Part shown: piece after piece, positions 59,350-64,000 of the stretch
Position numbering within the stretch: the first letter of the stretch is position 1
Layout of the letters: every line of letters starts with the position of its first letter
NCBI GenBank assembly: GCA_030683105.1
Contig: JAUXMZ010000037.1
Span: 767 to 64,766 of the forward strand
Source: Burkholderiales bacterium
GTDB taxonomy: Bacteria; Pseudomonadota; Gammaproteobacteria; Burkholderiales; SG8-41
Reading direction: 5' to 3'
Length of the DNA: 64,000 nt
The notes under the pieces: generated by a model
Databases searched by the model: none
What the model saw: only the letters and a program-made list of their open reading frames with translations
What the model was told of the DNA's origin: nothing
Translations under genes and position numbers: made by a program

Positions 59350-61430
59350 GCCAGCTTCTCCTGGGGGGCGGGCTGGGGCCGGCCCGAAAGTTTCGCCAGC
59401 ACGGCGTCCCGTGGGCCGTCCAGCAGAATGCGTCCGGCCTGCAGCACAATCAGCCGGTCGAGCAGCGGCAGCAAGGCGGTTTTATGCGTCGCCGCCACCA
59501 GGGTTGTGCCTGCGGCGGTGATTTCGCGCAGCAGGCTGACGATGCGCGCCTCGGTCACCGAATCCATGGCCCCGGTCGGTTCATCCAGCAGCCACACTTT
59601 GGGTCCGGCTATCAGGGTGCGGGTCAGCATGATCAGCTGCTTCTGCCCGCCCGACACGCCCTGCCCGCCCTCCGTGATCGCCAGCGCCAGCCCCTTGGGC
59701 TGTCCGCCGATGAACTCGATCAGCCCGGTGCGGCGCGCGGCCTGCAATATCGCCTCGTCGCCGGGATCGGGCAGGCCCATCAGCAGGTTGTCGCGCAGTG
59801 TGCCGCTGAACAGGCGCGAGTCCTGGGGCAGGTAGCCAACTGTTTCGCGCGCCACCGCCGGATCGAGCAGTGCGAGGTCCACCCCTCCCAGAAATATCTT
59901 GCCTTCGACCGGCCGATACAGCCCGGAGGACAGCTTGAGCAGCGTGCTCTTGCCCGAACCTATGGCGCCGAGCAGGCCCACGCGCTCGCCCGGCTTGATC
60001 TCCAGGCGTTCCACCTCGAGGGCCGGGCGAGTGGCCATGCCGTAAGCAAAGCGCACGCGCTCGAAACGCAGCCCGCCTTCCAGCGCCTGCGGCGCCAGCG
60101 CATGCGCCGCGTCGTCCGTTTCGCTGGGCAGGGCGATGATCTGGTCCAGCCCCTCGATGGCGGCACGGGCGTGAGCCCACTGCACCATCACACCCGGCAG
60201 TTGGACGATGGGCATCATCGCCCGGTTGCTGATGATGGTGCATGCCAGCAGGCCGCCCATGGTCAACTCGTTTATGGTGACGAAATAGGCGCCCAGCGCC
60301 ACCAGGGCGACATAGCTGAACTGCTGGAGCGCGACCGTGAGGTTTTGCGCCAGGGCCGAATAGGTGCGGATGCTCTGATCCGACTCGGCCGTTTCAGCAA
60401 CCAGGCGATTCCAGCGCGCCTGCACTTTCCATTCCGCGCTGTTTGCCTTGAGTGATTCTGCGCCGTCCACCGCCTCCACCAGCAGCCCGGCCTTGCGGTT
60501 GTTGCCGGCCAGGTTAAGCCGGGTGTGCCGTTGTATGGCGCGCTGGAACATCAGCCCCGCCACCAGGGCGATCGGCAGCGCGATGATCGGCACGGCCACC
60601 ACCCAGCCCCCCACCAGCGCGATCACAAAAATGAAGAACACCGCGAAAGGGATATCGGCGAGCACGAACAAAGAGGTCGACGCGAGCACCCCGCGCACCA
60701 TCTCGAAGCCCTTGACCTGCGAGGCCAGCGTACCTACCGAGGCGGGGCGGGCTTCCATGCGGATGCCCATCATGCGGCTGAAAAACCATTCGGACAGCTG
60801 CTGATCGATGGCGTTGCAGGTCCGGTCCACTGTGTGGCTGCGCACCTGCTTGAGCAAAAATTCCAGGCCCACGGCCAGCGCCACGCCCACACTCAGCACC
60901 CACAGGGTCTGAAAGCCCTGGTTGGGAATCACGCGGTCGAAGATTTGCATGGCGTAAAGGGAAGTCGCCAGGGTCAGCAGGTTGATCAGCCCTGTCGCCA
61001 GCACCGCCTCCAGGAACACGCTCTTGCGCGCCATCAGTGCCCGCCAGACCAGGCGCATGGCACGGGGCGCGGAGACGGAGATCTCCGAACGGCGGGGCAG
61101 GGAAAGGCATTCCACGTCGTCGAGCCGTTCCAGAGACAAGGCGGAACCGTCCAGCCGTTGGGCGCGCCACAGACCATCCGCGCCCCGGCTCTGAACCAGA
61201 AGCCAGCCCAGATCGGCGCGCCAGCCGGCCAGCGGCAGGTTGGCCGGCGTCGGGCCGCGCAACCGCGCGGGGTCGCCATCGAGCCCCGCGGCGCGCCAGG
61301 CCTCGGCGAACAGCGCTGCCGCGCTCAACCCCTCGGGCAGATTGGCGAGGTCGCCGAGGCGCCCGCCTGAAACACGCTGGCCCGCCAGGCGCGCGGTCTT
61401 GTCGATCAGCGTGGCAATGTCGTCGTTCAT
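59346..61430 (-). CDS. Type I secretion system permease/ATPase (ABC exporter, LssB-like)
   Basis: 694 aa with a ~130-aa N-terminal extension, six TM segments, Walker A GAIGSGKST, signature VSGGQKQ and Walker B WLLDEPT. Confidence 0.85.
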   Translation of the reverse strand: MNDDIATLIDKTARLAGQRVSGGRLGDLANLPEGLSAAALFAEAWRAAGLDGDPARLRGPTPANLPLAGWRADLGWLLVQSRGADGLWRAQRLDGSALSLERLDDVECLSLPRRSEISVSAPRAMRLVWRALMARKSVFLEAVLATGLINLLTLATSLYAMQIFDRVIPNQGFQTLWVLSVGVALAVGLEFLLKQVRSHTVDRTCNAIDQQLSEWFFSRMMGIRMEARPASVGTLASQVKGFEMVRGVLASTSLFVLADIPFAVFFIFVIALVGGWVVAVPIIALPIALVAGLMFQRAIQRHTRLNLAGNNRKAGLLVEAVDGAESLKANSAEWKVQARWNRLVAETAESDQSIRTYSALAQNLTVALQQFSYVALVALGAYFVTINELTMGGLLACTIISNRAMMPIVQLPGVMVQWAHARAAIEGLDQIIALPSETDDAAHALAPQALEGGLRFERVRFAYGMATRPALEVERLEIKPGERVGLLGAIGSGKSTLLKLSSGLYRPVEGKIFLGGVDLALLDPAVARETVGYLPQDSRLFSGTLRDNLLMGLPDPGDEAILQAARRTGLIEFIGGQPKGLALAITEGGQGVSGGQKQLIMLTRTLIAGPKVWLLDEPTGAMDSVTEARIVSLLREITAAGTTLVAATHKTALLPLLDRLIVLQAGRILLDGPRDAVLAKLSGRPQPAPQEKLA

Positions 61431-61502
61431 TATCGGGTTCCTGTGGGTGCAGCCGTCGAAGAGGTAATACGCCGTGTCATTGAAACTAAAAAATATCGAC
61501 TA

Positions 61503-61641
61503 GCCACAGAGAACACAGAGTTCACAGAGTTCACAGAGAAAAAACAGTACGTTACATCGGGTTTGTCATTCACCCGGCGGGTGATCCTTGCAAATGTGGA
61601 CAAGACAATGGTTTCTCTGTGTTCTCTGTGGCCTCTGTGGC
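61503..61641. repeat. Inverted arrays of 9-nt units (NNCACAGAG) flanking a ~70-nt spacer, between tolC and the ABC gene
   Basis: The left arm is GCCACAGAG AACACAGAG TTCACAGAG TTCACAGAG (61503-61538). The right arm is TTCTCTGTG TTCTCTGTG GCCTCTGTG GC (61613-61641). The spacer holds the palindrome TCACCCGGCGGGTGA. Confidence 0.85.
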
Positions 61642-61656
61642 TTGAACTGTTTTTTT

Positions 61657-62874
61657 TCAAGGTTGAACGGCTCCCGAGGCGATGGTCAACGTCCCGGTCA
61701 GCGCGCGCAGCCGCAGACTGGAGGCCAGCATCTGGGCGCGCGCATCGTCCGCCGCCAGCTCCGATTGCGTGGCCTCGCGCACCGCGTTCAGCACGTCGAT
61801 CCAGGTCTTGCGGCCGGTGGTGTACTGGCGGGCGTAGGACTCGGACACCTCGATGGACATGGCGCGCGCCTGATTGGCGTTTTCCAGGCGCAGGCGGGCC
61901 GCCACCCACTCGTTCCAGTCGAACGTGATGCGCTCGCGCGCATCGCGTTCGGCCGCCTCGCGCGCCAGGCGCGCGGCCTCGCGCCGGGCAACGGCCGCAT
62001 CCACGCCGGATTTTGCGGACAGGCCCGCGCCGGGCTGTGCCGACAGCACCAGCATGGCGCGATTGTCCGTCGTCTGCCCCGCGCTGCTTTCCAGGCGCAA
62101 AACCAGTTGCGGCATGTAGGCCGCGCGTTTGGAGGCGATATCGGCGTCGGCGACCTCCTCTTCGCGGGTCAGTCGCCGCAGCGTCGGCGAATGTGCCAGC
62201 ATCTGGGTCAGGGCGGCATCCAGGCCTGCGGGGGCGCCGGCTTCGCTCAAGCCCTGCTCGGTGATTGCCGTCACCGGCTGACCGGCCAATTGCGTCAGTT
62301 GCGCCAGGGCATTGTTGAGCGCCTGGGTGGTCACAGACAGCTCATTGGCACTCGCATACAAACGCGATGCCGCCAGACGCTGGTCCGCCAGCGGGCTGAC
62401 CTCCTGCGTGACGCGCCGCCGGATCATCGCGAGCAATTTCTCGTGTTCCTTCACGCCGGCCACACCGTGTTGCTGCCGCGCCTGCTGGCGCAGCGCCTCG
62501 GTGGTCGCGGCGATAACCTTGATGGCCAGTTCCTGCCTGGCCTCATCCAAAGCCGCGCCGGCGGCATCGAGCCGGCTGCCCGCTGCATCGATGCCGGCAG
62601 TGATGCGCCCGCCGGTCCACAGGGGTTGATCGAGGCGCAGCAGGCCAGCTCCGCCGCTTTGCGTGCTCGCCTCCAGAGTGGGCGTAGGGTAGCGCTGCCA
62701 TTCGGCGCCTTCCCGCTCCGCCTGGGCGGCATCCTGGGCGGAGCGCTTACCCAGCACCAGCGGATGGTTGGCCAGGGCCTCCTGCAAAACCTTCCCAAAG
62801 GTCCAAGGCTGTTGAGCCTGGGCAGTTGCTGCCACAAAGCTCAGGGCGGCGATGGCCAGGATTCTGAATTTCAT
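61657..62874 (-). CDS. tolC: TolC-family outer membrane efflux protein
   Basis: ORF 61657..62916 trimmed to MKFRILAIAALSFVAATAQAQ (signal peptide). It has two repeated coiled-coil/beta halves typical of TolC. Confidence 0.8.
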   Translation of the reverse strand: MKFRILAIAALSFVAATAQAQQPWTFGKVLQEALANHPLVLGKRSAQDAAQAEREGAEWQRYPTPTLEASTQSGGAGLLRLDQPLWTGGRITAGIDAAGSRLDAAGAALDEARQELAIKVIAATTEALRQQARQQHGVAGVKEHEKLLAMIRRRVTQEVSPLADQRLAASRLYASANELSVTTQALNNALAQLTQLAGQPVTAITEQGLSEAGAPAGLDAALTQMLAHSPTLRRLTREEEVADADIASKRAAYMPQLVLRLESSAGQTTDNRAMLVLSAQPGAGLSAKSGVDAAVARREAARLAREAAERDARERITFDWNEWVAARLRLENANQARAMSIEVSESYARQYTTGRKTWIDVLNAVREATQSELAADDARAQMLASSLRLRALTGTLTIASGAVQP

Positions 62875-62915
62875 TGCAATTTTCCTGTTGAACTCGAGCC
62901 TGCTCTTATCCGCCA

Positions 62916-63191
62916 TCAGTCCCGCTTCAAATCCCGATAGAAGTTTTCATGCGAACCCAAGGACAGGAGCTTGATCGCATCCTCGTCCTGGGCTACGCGG
63001 TAGGCGACCAGGACAAGCTGGGCCTTGACCCGGTACTTGTAGACCCGCACCCCCGCCAAGTCGCCCTTCTTCATTTCGCCGGCATCTGGATCGGCAACAA
63101 TAACGCGTGCCGCCGTATCCAAGGACTCCTTCTCACTTGGATGCAACTTCTTCGCCGCCCGCGAAAAACGCGGCGTGGCGATCAGCTTCAT
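62916..63191 (-). CDS. RelE/ParE-family type II toxin
   Basis: 91 aa. ...DPDAGEMKKGDLAGVRVYKYRVKAQLVLVAYRVAQDEDAIKLLSLGSHENFYRDLKR. Confidence 0.75.
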   Translation of the reverse strand: MKLIATPRFSRAAKKLHPSEKESLDTAARVIVADPDAGEMKKGDLAGVRVYKYRVKAQLVLVAYRVAQDEDAIKLLSLGSHENFYRDLKRD

Positions 63192-63418
63192 CCGAATTTG
63201 TATTCACTGCCCATGCCGGCGCGGTCTTCCTCGATGCCCACCAGGGTATCGACGATGAACCCTATCGACAGGTCGGGGTTTTCCTCCGCCGCCCGCCCAA
63301 TCCGCGCCCAATACTCGATTTGCTTGGGTACCGAGCGTTGCATAGCGGCGGCATAAGGCTTGGCCGCCTCCACCAGCGCATCAGACAGCTTCAATGTGGT
63401 CGCCATGAGAGACTCCAT
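63188..63418 (-). CDS. ParD-like antitoxin
   Basis: 76 aa. ...TLKLSDALVEAAKPYAAAMQRSVPKQIEYWARIGRAAEENPDL.... It has a 4-nt overlap with the toxin gene. Confidence 0.65.
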   Translation of the reverse strand: MESLMATTLKLSDALVEAAKPYAAAMQRSVPKQIEYWARIGRAAEENPDLSIGFIVDTLVGIEEDRAGMGSEYKFG

Positions 63419-63600
63419 TACACGTTAAGAAGTTTCATAATAGCGCAATAGGCGATAAAAAGAAACCGAACACAACAAAAGGAAACGACACTCAGCACGA
63501 ACGGGGTGGCCCCCATTTTGGTGGGAGACCGTTCGCCCTGAGAGCAAAGCGTTGCCGCGCCTGCTGCCGCAGCATGAGAAGCCTTTTATATTGAAGCGGG

Positions 63601-63987
63601 TCAAACCTTCCGCACCGGGCCGGGATACTGCGCCACAAAGGAATCGGCGGTCAGCAGGGTGATGCCCTCTACCATCGCCTGAGCAACCAGCATGCGGTCA
63701 AAGGGATCCTTGTGGATGGACGGCAAGCCGTCGACAGCGACGGCATGTTCGCTGCCAATGGGAAGCTCGCTATAGCCGTTGTCCAGCAACCCTCGGCGCA
63801 GCAGTCGTGCATCTACCTGAAAATCGCCGCGGCCCAGCCCGCGTTTGATCGCGATCTCCCACAGGCTGGCCGCGCTAAAAAACAACTCATTCTCCGGCGC
63901 CTCGATCAGGGCGCGGGCGTCCCCGGATAGCCGATCCGGCGCCCCTGCCGCCCACAGCAGTAGATGCGTGTCCAGCAGCAGTTTCAT
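63601..63987 (-). CDS. vapC: PIN-domain toxin (VapC/FitB-like)
   Basis: 128 aa. MKLLLDTHLLLWAAGAPDRLS...ASLWEIAIKRGLGRG...HKDPFDRMLVAQAMVEGITLLTAD.... It is a paralogue of 49764..50150. Confidence 0.8.
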   Translation of the reverse strand: MKLLLDTHLLLWAAGAPDRLSGDARALIEAPENELFFSAASLWEIAIKRGLGRGDFQVDARLLRRGLLDNGYSELPIGSEHAVAVDGLPSIHKDPFDRMLVAQAMVEGITLLTADSFVAQYPGPVRKV

Positions 63988-64000
63988 GCGTCACCGCCGA
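63984..64000 (-). CDS. 3' end of an upstream (presumed antitoxin) gene, cut by the window edge
   Basis: The stop TGA at 63984-63986 overlaps the PIN ATG (ATGA). Only 4-5 codons are visible. Confidence 0.3.

Overview
The window looks like Gram-negative (proteobacterial-type) chromosomal DNA. Every gene from about 5.6 kb to 64 kb is on the minus strand. The backbone is a large surface-polysaccharide locus:
- yjbE/yjbF-like genes and a WecA/MraY-type initiating transferase.
- A GT26 transferase, several GT4 transferases and one GT2 transferase.
- Wzy-like polymerase, Wzx flippase, Wzz-like chain-length protein and a 918-aa Wza/SLBB export protein.
- manC-fcl-gmd (GDP-fucose), galE and neuCBA (CMP-nonulosonic acid).
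- A WbuX/HisH/HisF-type amidotransferase trio, five SAM methyltransferases, a PAPS-type sulfotransferase with cysC, a deacetylase and a secreted beta-helix protein.
- An EPS-type MarR regulator and an RfaH paralogue, followed by an exact ops element.
- A TolC/ABC/HlyD type I secretion set.

About 19 toxin-antitoxin-type loci are superimposed on this. Twelve of them sit in one co-oriented array between the ops site and manC, with the wzz-like gene embedded in the array. Several toxins are visibly decayed: a nonsense codon in mqsR, a frameshift in parE, a MITE in a DUF5615 gene, and a truncated hicA.

Mobile DNA includes an IS3-family element nested with a 3-bp duplication inside an IS4-family transposase gene, an IS3 remnant, and two related MITEs.

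The most unusual feature is a modular repeat system built on 7-nt tandem units (GTGATTN / GTGGTTN / GTTGTTN), together with a 27-nt box, a stem-loop module and an 18-nt box. It fills almost every intergenic gap and also lies in frame inside manC, gmd and the start of the wzz-like gene. No rRNA, tRNA or CRISPR array was found.
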